DNA of 64,000 bases from the NCBI RefSeq assembly GCF_964355755.1, contig NC_092672.1, positions 1,240,001-1,304,000 on the forward strand, written 5' to 3'. This document shows, piece after piece, positions 26,801 to 38,392 of this stretch (position 1 is the stretch's first letter; every line of letters begins with the position of its first letter). The notes below the pieces were generated by a model, which made no database searches, was not told the origin of the DNA, and worked only from the letters and a program-made list of their open reading frames with translations. A program made the position numbers and the translations under genes. Origin of the DNA: Antedon mediterranea. Taxonomy: Eukaryota > Animalia > Echinodermata.

Positions 26801-29800
26801 TTTTTAACCAATACAGTAATTTGCAGCCAATACAGTAATTTTTAACCAATACAGTAATTTGCAGCCAATACAGTAATTTGCAGCTTACCTTAATTGCACA
26901 GACAACTCAGGCTCATCACTACCTTTCTGAGCAAACTTATGAAACGTATCATGCTTGAGCAGACAATAACAAGGCTTCCAGTAAGCGTAGAACAATTTGG
27001 AACTTGGAACCTTACAGTCCAGCTTGCCCTCCTTGACCACAGGTGACCGGTATAGCTGTAGGTCAGCAGCCGCAAGAGAATTGGTCAAGTCTTCCCAGTG
27101 GACCAATGAGTAAAGGAGGATTTGAACATCTACAACCTGTTATTAAAATTTATTTCCTATGACAGCTTGATAGTTAATTCTAAACTTCTTTTATAACATT
27201 TTTAATCTATAAGGTATTTCTAGAACCAAACAAACCTAGACAGCAAAAAGGAACAACTTGAGAGAAAATAAACACACAACAAATAGTGGAGTTTACCATA
27301 TAAAATTAAAAGATATAATATGAGATTATTTACGTCACAATCTGATTGTTGCGCAACAAACTTGCAAAGTGTAATCTTCTGCGTGGTAGCATCCGTCAGA
27401 ACACTCGGTAAACCCTTTGTCCGACTTCCTCCTTTCATGATTTGCTTAAGTTCATCTAAAAAATATCTGAAAAAGAAATAGAAAAATAAATGTATACATA
27501 CAGAGTCATTATTTTTAGTCAGCATAGACTAAAATGACTCTATAAAGAAGAATGCATGCATCAAACTAACCAAGAGTACATGTTAAGGTGTCACCCAACT
27601 AAGTTTCAGTGTAATAGGTGTAGCCATTGCACAATATATAGGCTGAGCCTGGTATACGGGACATGGTACATATTTATCTATTTATAGAATTAAAATAAAG
27701 AGTGATTACTTAGTGCTTGATTCACATCCATTTGACAGCCAGTATTGCTTCCTTCTATTCACACAGACCAGCTGAATTATCTGGTAATTCAAACTCACCT
27801 AAAAAAAATAATTAAATTTGAATGAATTGTTTATATAAATAAAATAATTTAATTTTTGTTCAAGTTTTTAGTTTTGGAATTTAATTTGGGGTAGTAATAA
27901 ACTTACCGATATATAATCTAAATCATTGTATTGAATTCTTGATTCCACAGAATACGACAAGTCTGAGTCTCCTAAAAAAAACAATCACCTAAATATCATC
28001 TAAATAATTTGTCAATATTTTCAAGCTTTGTAAGGCAAGTCTTCCTCGCTTAACCAGGTCATAGGTTATAGGTCATCGCAATTCTTACCCTTTCTTAATA
28101 AGTACAAAGCTTGGTCCGTGAGTAGAAGAAAGACTGGTTGAATGTCGCCCTCAGAATGACCCGTAGTGAGGTGAAACATCTAAGACGATAAAAAAGATCA
28201 TTATCAACTTTTTATTTTTATTTTTATTTTCTTTGCATTAAAAACACACATTCTAGCAAAGGGATCATGTCAAAACTACTTTACTGTAGTTACAGGAGTA
28301 ATTATGTATTGTAAAAAAAATAAAGCAATTCCTGTACAAACATTTTGTATGATTGTCCAAAAATGTGTAAAAAAATGCTTGCTAAATAATTGCATGAAGA
28401 GGTTAAAATGTAGTAACTGCAGGAAATAATTTGACATGATCCATAATATGAAATTACACACAAGAGAAACACACAAATTAAATCCTTATACCCAAACCCA
28501 ATTACTTTTCAGTCTGGTAGGATTTTTATGTGACAAACAGAGCAAGCTTTATATCATTATTTCATGACATCATTTTATAAAATTTGTTTTACTATGGAAA
28601 ATACAAACTTGTACTCACCTTCCTAAACTCTTCACTTTCATTCTTGAATATCTCAAGCATAAGAAATAGCTTTCTGTTGTTGTCAAGTCTGAAATAATTA
28701 AATAAAATCAAAGACGGGTGCTTCTTTTCAAGGTTTTATGATAGGTCTAACGTAAATCAAAAGTTCCCTAATTTTTTTTCTCTAGTAAAAGATACAATAA
28801 AATAATAAGATTTAAAAGGCGCACATATCCACAAAGTGCTCAAGGCACTTCTGAAAACCATGAAAAAAAACTAAACTTGAAACTAAAAACAACAAAACAA
28901 TTTGACGATTATCTAGTGAATGCTATTCCATCAACTTACTTCATTTCAATGTCTGGTTCAGGCTGCATGCTGATGGTAACTGATGCTGCACCTGATGCAC
29001 TGACAGAATCCTGATTCAATTCTCCACACTCACTCGGTTCCATCACACTGGATCCATTGCCAACACTTGTTCTGGATTCCTGTAAAGACTCCCTATCAGA
29101 GAAGCTCTGAGAAGGAGAAGATTGTTCTGGACTTGAACCAACGCTCTCAGATGACTTCAAAGAAGGCTTATCAGTTTCATCAAACTTCTGATGAACTGGA
29201 CTTGAAAAGAGGCTTTCATAACTGCCATCTTGAAGACTTTTATCAACATCCTGTTGCAATGATGTTTCGACAAGATGCTTGAATGATGTATCTGCTCTTT
29301 GTGGTTGGGAATTTTCATCTTGCAACCTGTCATCTGTTTCAGTCTTTATGTTATTAATTGTACAATCTGCCAGCATATGACCACCATCTACCAGCATGTG
29401 ACTACCATCCACTAGCATGTGATCCCCATCTGATATTTTATTATCTTTTTTAACATTTTTTTCTAATAAATTATTTGTTTCATCAGCTTTAATTTGTTCT
29501 GTGCTGAATCTCCTGGGAAGCTCAGGATTATTGCAATCTGTAAAGTCTGTACTAAATGATTTCTCCTTTGTTTCTACTGTCATGATTACTGGTGAATTTA
29601 AGTGTCCTGCTAATATATTATTATCTCTTGTGAAAGATAATTGGCTGGGTGAAGGATTTTCACTACGAATAAATGGACTGTTTAAATGATCATCCGCACG
29701 TATAGAATCTCCTAATGATGAAAAACTGACATTGTCACTGAAAGACATTGGAGTGCTGGACCAGCTCTCTTCACTGGTGATACTAACAGTACCATCTTCA

Positions 29801-32800
29801 GAGTTTAAGCTCACAGTCTCTTTGTTGGAAGGAGTCTTAGATGCTCTTCTTTTCTTACGCTTCCCTTTTTTACTTTTTTTCTGAAAAATATGAATAACTT
29901 CTAGACTTTCGTTGAGATCATCTGTAATAGATTCCTCTCTGAAAACCCTTCTCAACGGTTTCTCTTTTGAGATATCCAAGACGTCAACGGAAAAATCATT
30001 TTTTTCTAATAAGGCATCTAAACACTGTGTTGGTTTATCAACTCCTTTTGATATATTTGACACTTCAACCGGTAAATCATTTTTCTCTGATAATGCATCT
30101 AAACACTGTATTGGGTTATCAACTGGTTTAAATGGCTCCTCCTTTGAAATATTTAAAGACTGTGTTAGTACTTCAATTGGTTGTGTGTCTATTGCATGGT
30201 TCTGGTCATATTCACATAGATTTGATGTAATTTCTACAGTTTTTACATTACATTCTCCATCACTTAAAGAAGAACTTCTTAACAATTCTTGATTAATTGA
30301 TTTTTCTTCTGTCATTCCACCATCCGTCTCCACATCATCATCTCCGTAAACAATAGTTTCTCCGCTGCATTCTATACACTGTGAGTTTGTTCTTACTCTG
30401 GATTCTATTGGACTGTTTGTAGCACACGCGGATTCACTACTTCCGATCGAAGCGGTATCATAGTTAAAATAATTGTCTTCTTTTTCCTCATCTAATTTAG
30501 TTGCGGAGCGTGGCATGTGACTAACCAAATCCAAGTAAGCATTGTTCTAGAGAAAAGCAAACCACGTACACTGGATCAGTTATTACAATTCATCATAAAA
30601 TAGGTTAATTCATTACATTATCACAAACGCTGAACGTCTTGTGACATAGCACACTCAACAAGACTTTTCCAATCATTATTGGAAAAATTTGCATAGATTT
30701 TAATATTTATTTTATTAGATTTATAATTAATACCTATAATTAAATTATTGAATGAAGAATTTGATTCTAAACAAACAGTGGTTTATCCTTTATTGATTTA
30801 AAATATGATTAAAATATATTTTTTAAAGTCATGTGTTTAGGAAATTTTATTACGCATCTGGTGTTTTCATAAATGAAATTTGTAATTAAACATTAAACTT
30901 CTCCAATTTACATGCACATTGCTGCTACACTGTTTAGATGGTTTAAGCGTGGTTTCCACTAGGACGCAAAACAAGGACGTAGTTGTAACGCAAGCGAGTT
31001 GGCAAATCACACACAACTATTTGAATAACCCATTGCTTGTGATTGATCAATCACTTTGTGTTGCGTTAAGTCCTAGCGTTGCATCCACGCATTAGAGAAC
31101 CACACAAATATCATTCTTAATTAGTAAGATTTACTTTAAATTTGAGAACAGATGAATGACATTTAAAGTACTTTAAAACCAGGAAGATGTACTTACTAAT
31201 TCTGGATCAAACTGAACAAAGTCTAAGCCTGACACAAGCGTTTGTAGTAGGATTAAACGTTGCTTATCTCTCAGGATGGCATCTCTGAAAAAAAAACATA
31301 GCAAATAATGAAAAATGTGAACTTTTAAAATACTAGAAGTTAGAACTAAAGTACATGTGTACATTATTTGAATGTTTTTAATTGTAATTTCGTTCTATGT
31401 ATGATGTAATTGTGAATGTTTTACCGTAATATTTTCTGTCGAGGAAAACTATTTTTCCATGTACACACATTACATATGGAACAAATATGTGTACAGTAAA
31501 CAATACAATCCTTGTATTCAGACCATGTAGTAATTTTCTCAATAAAACAGTTTTATTAGATCATTCCAAACTATTCTAGTGATTTGCCTAAATATGGTAG
31601 TGATATGCCCAAATATGGTAGTGATATGACATCATCATGTCCATATATGGTCACATCATATTTTTTGTCACATAAAGTTTGATAGTGTAGACTGAGTTTA
31701 AGAACCGACTACAGTAAAAAAAGGTTGTTAAATAATTACAGGTTGTAAAGGGTAGTAGAATAATGTTTGCATTGTCCTTTTGTAGCTTAAACTGCTTAGA
31801 CCTTGGGATTGAATGGTCTCTGAGCAGCTGATGCTTCCATATACACAGGAACAAATGCTTGTTGTGGCTGAAACTTATTATAGCTTATCTTGTTTAATTT
31901 GTCTACAATGAACAAGGCCAGTGACTGTTTATAGAAGGTCTGACCATGGTCTGACCATGAGTAGCAGTACTGTAGTATATAAACACAAGCAGTAAATAGA
32001 TATTCCTTCCTTCCATTCATACATACAAAAGGAACATCTATTAACAACATCTGTTAAGTTGCATATCCTGTTTATTTAGATGATTAAGAGTTACTTTAGT
32101 TATTGGTCAGTACTTATCTCAGGTAGATTACAATTAAATCAGGCAACTCCCTGCTATAATATTATGTTCACAGGTCTGTCATATTGTAGCATAAGTTTTA
32201 AAACAAGATTTTCAGTGGAATGGAAACATCATTATTAATCTTTTATTTCATAAATATCACAAATATCATATCTCGTTGCCTCACGGCCAAAATTACCCAT
32301 GATGTACATTACATGACAAGAAAAAAAAACATCTAAAACACAGAAAAAAACTCAGGGGAGTGGAAGACTGCCACAAAAAAAGCAAATTAATCTCATAATT
32401 ATTAATAGAAAGACTAGACTAGTTTAGGGTGATCAAGTAAACACCTGGTGTAACTTACTCATGATAGAAAGACTGGACTAATTTAGGGTGATCAAGTAAA
32501 CACTTGGTGTAACTTACTCATGATAGAAAGACTGGACTAATTTAGGGTGATCAAGTAAACACTTGGTGTAACTTACTCATGATAGAAAGACTGGACTAGT
32601 TTAGGGTGATCAAGTAAACACTTGATGTAACTTACTCATGATAGAAAGACTGGACTAATTTAGGGTGATCAAGTAAACACTTGGTGTAACTTACTCATGA
32701 TAGAAAGACTGGACTAGTTTAGGGTGATCAAGTAAACACTTGATGTAACTTACTCATGATAGAAAGACTGGACTAATTTAGGGTGATCAAGTAAACACTT

Positions 32801-35800
32801 GGTGTAACTTACTCATGATAGAAAGACTGGACTAGTTTAGGGTGATCAAGTAAACACTTGGTGTAACTTACTCATGATAGAAAGACTGGACTAATTTAGG
32901 GTGATCAAGTAAACACTTGGTGTAACTTACTCATGATAGAAAGACTGGACTAGTTTAGGGTGATCAAGTAAACACTTGGTGTAACTTACTCATGATAGAA
33001 AGACTGGACTAGTTTAGGGTGATCAAGTAAACACTTGGTGTAACTTACTCATGATAGAAAGACTGGACTAGTTTAGGGTGATCAAGTAAACACTTGATGT
33101 AACTTACTCATGATAGAAAGACTGGACTAGTTTAGGATGATCAAGTAAACACTTGGTGTGACTTACTCATGATAGAAAGACTGGACTAGTTTAGGGTGAT
33201 CAAGTAAACACTTGATGTAACTTACTCATGATAGAAAGACTGGACTAATTTAGGGTGATCAAGTAAACACCTGGTGTAACTTACTCATGATAGAAAGACT
33301 GGACTAATTTAGGGTGATCAAGTAAACACTTGGTGTAACTTACTCATGATAGAAAGACTGGACTAGTTTAGGGTGATCAAGTAAACACTTGATGTAACTT
33401 ACTCATGATAGAAAGACTGGACTAATTTAGAGTGATCAAGTAAACACTTGGTGTAACTTACTCATGATAGAAAGACTGGACTAGTTTAGGGTGATCAAGT
33501 AAACACCTGGTGTAACTTACTCATGATAGAAAGACTGGACTAGTTTAGGGTGATCAAGTAAACACTTGGTGTAACTTACTCATGATAGAAAGACTGGACT
33601 AGTTTAGGGTGATTAAGTAAACACTTGGTGTAACTTACTCATGATAGAAAGACTGGACTAGTTTAGGGTGATCAAGTAAACACTTGGTGTAACTTACTCA
33701 TGATAGAAAGACTGGACTAGTTTAGGGTGATCAAGTAAACACTTGGTGTAACTTACTCATGATAGAAAGACTGGACTAGTTTAGGGTGATCAAGTAAACA
33801 CTTGGTGTAACTTACTCATGATAGAAAGACTGGACTAGTTTAGGGTGATCAAGTAAACACTTGGTGTAACTTACTCATGATAGAAAGACTGGACTAGTTT
33901 AGGATGATCAAGTAAACACTTGGTGTGACTTACTCATGATAGAAAGACTGGACTAGTTTAGGATGATCAAGTAAACACTTGGTGTAACTTACTCATGATA
34001 GAAAGACTGGACTAGTTTAGGGTGATCAAGTAAACACTTGGTGTAACTTACTCATGATAGAAAGACTGGACTAGTTTAGGGTGATCAAGTAAACACTTGA
34101 TGTAACTTACTCATAATAAAAAGACTGGACTAGTTTAGGGTGATCAAGTAAACACTTAGTGTAACTTACTCATGATAGAAAGACTGGACTAGTTTAGGGT
34201 GATCAAGTAAACACCTGGTGTAACTTACTCATGATAGAGAGACTGGACTAGTTTAGGGTGATCAAGTAAACACCTGGTGTAACTTACTCATGATAGAAAG
34301 ACTGGACTAGTTTAGGGTGATCAAGTAAACACTTGGTGTAACTTACTCATGATAGAAAGACTGGACTAGTTTAGGATGATCAAGTAAACACCTGATGTAA
34401 CTTTCCAATGATGTTTCCTTCAGAGAGAGATACAACCATGCACGACCTTAAAAGAAAACAAAATTGATAATTAAGTTAAAAAATCCATTTCTATTATTTA
34501 AAATTCATGAACTTTGGACGAATAGTTGAATAATATACAAAGAACAGTGGAAGAAGACTTTATTCTTACTCTAAACTTAATCTCAGTTCTACGAGCCACA
34601 TTTTAAAACTAACTCTATTAAATATTAATAAATATAATTTGTGACAACCGAGAAACAAGGTTGGATTTTTAATTGATTGTGCGCAGGGAAGTTGGAACAT
34701 AGTTCTTCACTCTACTCCTAGACATTTTGTGACATCAATGCATAGATCAAAAGTCGTTGCAAAACCAAAAATCCCTATTTACAACACAACTTGTTGTACC
34801 TCGTCCAAAATCAGTTGCGAGACGGTTCAGGGCCATGATGTCCGATATGATGTCTTTGTGTGTGAATTTCTGAACCATCCCCCAGTATCCAGCAGTAATA
34901 ACACGCAACCTGCAAAACAATAAATATAATGCAAAATAGTATGACAAGTTATTCACATAGAAATCAATGTATGGGGTGCAAAAGATGACAAAGCAAAATA
35001 ACAAGTTACAGTGGATTATTTCTCCCAATTCCTTCAAGGTTAAAAGTAAATATCAAACAAAATAATTACACTGTTATAAATTAACATGAAAATTAAACAT
35101 GTTTTACTGTATGTTGTATGGGGCGCAAAAGTTGACAACAGAATATAGATTAATCAACACAAGTACATGTCATCATTGACCCCCACAATAAATGCACATT
35201 CAACTAACCCATGTAGAAATGCATGATCAATATGCTCTACTAATCTTTGGAATGATCTATCCTCGTCAGTTATTGGCGTCACATCTTCTGAATCTTGACT
35301 GAAGTAGAACTTTTGCACCTGAAAAAATCCAAATACAATAATTTATTAAATATTTTTAACAGCTGTTATAAAAGGTTTGATTTTATTCGTTTTAAAACTG
35401 AAACTGCTCATTGTTTTTTTTTTTATAAACCAAGTTGGTTTTACTTTTAGTTTACTTCTTTCCATTTATACTGTATAACAATTGGTTTCTCTATCTTATT
35501 TTAAATCATGGGAAATCTATCAAAAAATTTAAAATACAATATTGTACAGAAAGACAAAAGAAAAGATAGTTGCTAATTAGCTAGCAGCGGACGGCCTAAC
35601 AGAGTTTACACTTTTCCATTCCTATTAAATTTTGAATTGACATCAAGGACAATAATACTCAATAATACTGTTACATGAATAGTAATTTCACACACATTCA
35701 TTGTGTTAACAACAATAAACCTCATTTAAATAATTCATAAATATTCATTAGTTAATTACAATACTAAGCATGCTGGTAGACAGAATGCTACTTCAACATC

Positions 35801-37230
35801 ATCACACATGTTATTATGCTTTGTGTGGAGGAAATACATAACCATTATTTCCTACATGGTTTTGTTTGTGCAACGCTTATCAATTGATACTGATTTAATT
35901 TTAACCATGGAGCAAATTCTTTACGGTAAACAGATGGGCGGGCACATGGAAAATTGAACCCATCGTAGAGATTATCGGGCCCAACATAATTAGACGATCC
36001 GGCCCATTCTAAAAACAAGGGAAAGACGATCGGGTCCATGAAAATAAATTGGATTTATAATTGTTCACCATAAAATAAATTAAAGGTGTTTTTTCCGAGG
36101 GTTTCTTTTCTGCGAGTTGCGAGTTGCAAGTAGGAAAATGCGAGTTGCGAGTCGGAAAATGCAAGTTGCGAGTCGGAAAATGCGTTTTAAGACTCGTAAC
36201 TCGCATTTTCCGACCCGCAACTCGCATTTTCCGACTCGCAACTCACACTTTCCGACTCACAACTCGCACTTTTCGACTCGCAACTCACACTTTTCGACTC
36301 GCAACTCGCACTTTCCGACTCGCAACTCGTACTTTCCGACTCGCAACTCGCACTTTCCGACTCGCAACTCGCACTTTTCGACTCACAACTCACATTTTCT
36401 GACTCGCATTTTCTGATTCGCAACTTGCATTGAAGTAACACTCGTTTTTTCCATGAGTAAAAGAATTATAAAATATTTTAAGAATAGTTTTATTTATTAA
36501 AATTATTTTTTTTTCTATGAAAAGTTCCATCTAGCCTAGCTAGGCTAGTTTAATTCTTGCTTGTAATTACAAACCATTCATAAAAGGCCTGTTTCTGCTA
36601 GACGGTATATTTTTAGTTTTTATTGTTAAATTAGTAATTTTAAAAATGACAGAAAAATGTAATTAGGCCTAGGTAGGCCCTAGGCCTACATTCATTCATT
36701 ATTTATTAAAAGATACTTTTGCTATATTGAGGCCTAGTCATAAAAAAGAATGTGTTTGGGAAATTCCTCTACTAACTTTACTACAGTAGTTAGACCTCAT
36801 AGCCTACAGACAGGTACAGCACAGCAAAGAGTGTGTTGATTTAATGATTGTTTTGTGTCAACAAATTAATAATGACATAATACTGTGCAATGATTGTCAT
36901 TCATTGTTTGTAATAAATAAAAACATAACCTTCTTTCTGGAAGGTAAGCGCAAAGATTTAGGCCTAGCCTAAGGTTAACAAGGACAAGAACAAGGTCAAT
37001 CGAATCGCTAGTCTAGGCCTGGTTAAGAATGGTGTGTGACCAGCACGAAAAGGGAAGAAAGTACAGTAGCGCCGCGCGCCTAGCTAACTACTAGTAGCCT
37101 AGCCAGCCTAGGCCTAGCTTCTTGACATTTTGCCATTCATGTCAAAATATTTCAGTTGAAATACCTCTTTGATCGCTTGTGCGACGTTTTCGAGTATACG
37201 GTCCTTTAGTTGTACACGCTTTTTTGACAT
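23706..37230 (-). CDS. PLEKHM2: PLEKHM2/SKIP (RUN + PH domain lysosome-kinesin adaptor), 16 coding exons, ~1123 aa
   Basis: Exons 37230-37165, 35318-35209, 34909-34800, 34446-34347, 31284-31197, 30546-28940, 28688-28619, 28179-28089, 27971-27907, 27798-27710, 27466-27334, 27136-26889, 26487-26328, 26057-25869, 25295-25185, 23840-23706. All GT-AG with consistent phases. The N-terminus KDRILENVAQAIKE..EHIDHAFLHGL..GYW..GRGRAWLYLSLKETSLESY..LVSGLDFVQF and C-terminus SSWQRSDSLLRGR match my recollection of PLEKHM2. Confidence 0.93.
24983..25120. mobile_element. MITE family A (right end partly deleted)
   Basis: Left TIR plus internal units. Confidence 0.75.
25185..25295 (-). CDS. PLEKHM2: PLEKHM2 exon 15
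   Basis: KFNDGEGDNPWVFYFMSAAEKQKFELAVSDAWQ. Confidence 0.87.
25478..25675. repeat. 48-bp tandem repeat x4 (intronic)
   Basis: TTTTGTATCTCCATTGATATCTAGCCACTGATACCCACAGCATTGTCA. Confidence 0.93.
25869..26057 (-). CDS. PLEKHM2: PLEKHM2 exon 14
   Basis: PCQPCCLVVSDTKLFLCHEDCQTQFYR. Confidence 0.9.
26328..26487 (-). CDS. PLEKHM2: PLEKHM2 exon 13 (PH)
   Basis: FGGCRRV..DRPYAFELIL...EMEVSDWLQAIC. Confidence 0.9.
26606..26884. repeat. 19-bp minisatellite x~14 abutting the PLEKHM2 exon 12 donor
   Basis: TTTGCAGCCAATACAGTAA. Confidence 0.95.
26889..27136 (-). CDS. PLEKHM2: PLEKHM2 exon 12 (PH start)
   Basis: LLYSLVHWEDL...KEGKL...YWKPCYCLLK. Confidence 0.9.
27334..27466 (-). CDS. PLEKHM2: PLEKHM2 exon 11
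   Basis: YFLDELKQIM...LPSVLTDATTQKITLCKFVAQQSDCD. Confidence 0.87.
27710..27798 (-). CDS. PLEKHM2: PLEKHM2 exon 10
   Basis: VSLNYQIIQLVCVNRRKQYWLSNGCESST. Confidence 0.85.
27907..27971 (-). CDS. PLEKHM2: PLEKHM2 exon 9
   Basis: GDSDLSYSVESRIQYNDLDYIS. Confidence 0.85.
28089..28179 (-). CDS. PLEKHM2: PLEKHM2 exon 8
   Basis: MFHLTTGHSEGDIQPVFLLLTDQALYLLRK. Confidence 0.88.
28619..28688 (-). CDS. PLEKHM2: PLEKHM2 exon 7
   Basis: LDNNRKLFLMLEIFKNESEEFRK. Confidence 0.88.
28940..30546 (-). CDS. PLEKHM2: PLEKHM2 exon 6 (long acidic/Ser-rich linker)
   Basis: 1607-nt open exon, NNAYLDL...EPDIEMK, phase 0 to 2. Confidence 0.9.
30945..31102. mobile_element. MITE family B
   Basis: AAGCGTGGTTTCCACTAGGACGCAA... 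with inverted arm. Confidence 0.72.
31197..31284 (-). CDS. PLEKHM2: PLEKHM2 exon 5 (RUN end)
   Basis: DAILRDKQRLILLQTLVSGLDFVQFDPEL. Confidence 0.9.
31578..31698. mobile_element. MITE family A (partial)
   Basis: Internal units plus right TIR. Confidence 0.75.
32404..34402. repeat. 59-bp minisatellite x~34 made of the PLEKHM2 exon 4 3' end plus splice donor
   Basis: Unit on the minus strand: GTAAGTTACACCAAGTGTTTACTTGATCACCCTAAACTAGTCCAGTCTTTCTATCATGA. Confidence 0.97.
34347..34446 (-). CDS. PLEKHM2: PLEKHM2 exon 4 (RUN)
   Basis: GRAWLYLSLKETSLESYIRCLLDHPKLVQSFYHE; its 3' end is the unit of the 59-bp array. Confidence 0.9.
34800..34909 (-). CDS. PLEKHM2: PLEKHM2 exon 3 (RUN)
   Basis: LRVITAGYWGMVQKFTH...ATDFGR. 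Confidence 0.9.
35209..35318 (-). CDS. PLEKHM2: PLEKHM2 exon 2 (RUN)
   Basis: VQKFYFSQ...RLVEHIDHAFLHG; AG/GT bounded. Confidence 0.9.
36110..36430. repeat. 21-bp repeat array that switches orientation at ~36190
   Basis: TGCGAGTTGCGAGTCGGAAAA x~3, then its reverse complement x~11. Confidence 0.92.
37165..37230 (-). CDS. PLEKHM2: PLEKHM2 exon 1 (MSKKRVQLKDRILENVAQAIKE)
   Basis: ATG at 37230, donor GTATTT, 66 nt. Confidence 0.88.
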
Positions 37231-37231
37231 T

Positions 37232-37420
37232 TTATGTCCAGTCCATGATTTCCAATACAAAAAAGCTCGATTTTAAGTGTCTTATACGTCAAATATTGTG
37301 ATTTTTATCATCGTTCATGTGACGAGAGACACGATTCACACGAAACGAAAACAACAACCGATTTATCGATTGTCGCCCTCTATGTGTGAGAAGGTAAATC
37401 TGTGGGAAGTACGCCCTCTG
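37232..37420 (-). promoter_or_regulatory. PLEKHM2 5' UTR/promoter: uORF MDWT* and M-box-like GTCACATGA
   Basis: uORF 37246-37232; TCATGTGAC at 37315-37323; locally CpG-enriched. Confidence 0.5.
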
Positions 37421-37526
37421 TTATTAGGTAATTTTCTTAAAAAGAACTTGTTTTATTTTTCTAGCGAAAAAATACTGTAAAGCACCCCATGCAGTTTTTA
37501 AATAAAATTATTAATGTGAAAAAAAT

Positions 37527-37680
37527 GTTGATGGACACACATTGATGGACACGCATTGATGGACACGCATTGATGGACACGCATTGATGGACACGCATTG
37601 ATGGACACGCATTGATGGACACGCATTGATGGACACGCATTGATGGACACACATTGATGGACACACATTGATGGACACAG
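37527..37680. repeat. 14-bp minisatellite x11 upstream of PLEKHM2
   Basis: ATTGATGGACACGC. Confidence 0.95.
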
Positions 37681-38392
37681 ACGTATTTAAATTGCGAGAC
37701 TGCATCCATAGAAGGCATGGCAGCAGACTAGTGTATTTGATTGAAAGTGATAAAATAATCTAAATAAATAAAAGAGCATAGCAAAAAAGTCAAAATGTCA
37801 TTTTAATATTTATTAGTCCACAAAAATTCTGACTATAAAAAAGAAATCAAAATGTAGTTTTTTCCTAATTACTGAATACTAATTTTGCTGATTTTTTACT
37901 TAATAAAAATATTTCAAAATATACAAAACAGGATTATTTTTTAATGAAATGTACAAACTCTTTTAAAGCATGTTGACAAAAATCACAATTAAATTAAATT
38001 ACAATACCGTATAAAATATGTATCTGTATGATCTAAAGCATAAATGCTACACTTAAATTAAGTAGTAATTAATTTGCTATGTATTGAATATTTTGTCCAT
38101 GTATATATTTACTTAAAGCATAATCACAATACTGAAAACTACATATGAAATTATAATGTAAAACATTTTATTTAAAAATGTCCATCTTGGTTAAGTAAAA
38201 CCGGGACCATGTAAAAATGATTATACAGCAGTTATTGCTAACCAGTGGCCATATTCCCCAATCAAACTTAAGCAAGATATTTCTTGTATAATATTTAAAT
38301 ATTAAGTATTTCACTTAAATCAAGTTTGCAAGTTTCCCTTAAATTGCATTTATAGGAGAGTTTTTTAATTTTAAAGTTAGGTGTTCCCTTAA

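Noticed and set aside
29067-30292. Plus-strand ORFs overlapping PLEKHM2 exon 6
   Set aside because: Antisense shadows of a long coding exon.
32404-34402. Telomere-like TTTAGGG in the 59-mer
   Set aside because: There is one copy per unit and it derives from exon codons (CAY CCT AAA); it is not a telomeric tract.
36009-37718. Repetitive ORFs (PTRNSHF, CESESAS, CPSMRVHQ)
   Set aside because: Minisatellite translations in an intron and promoter.
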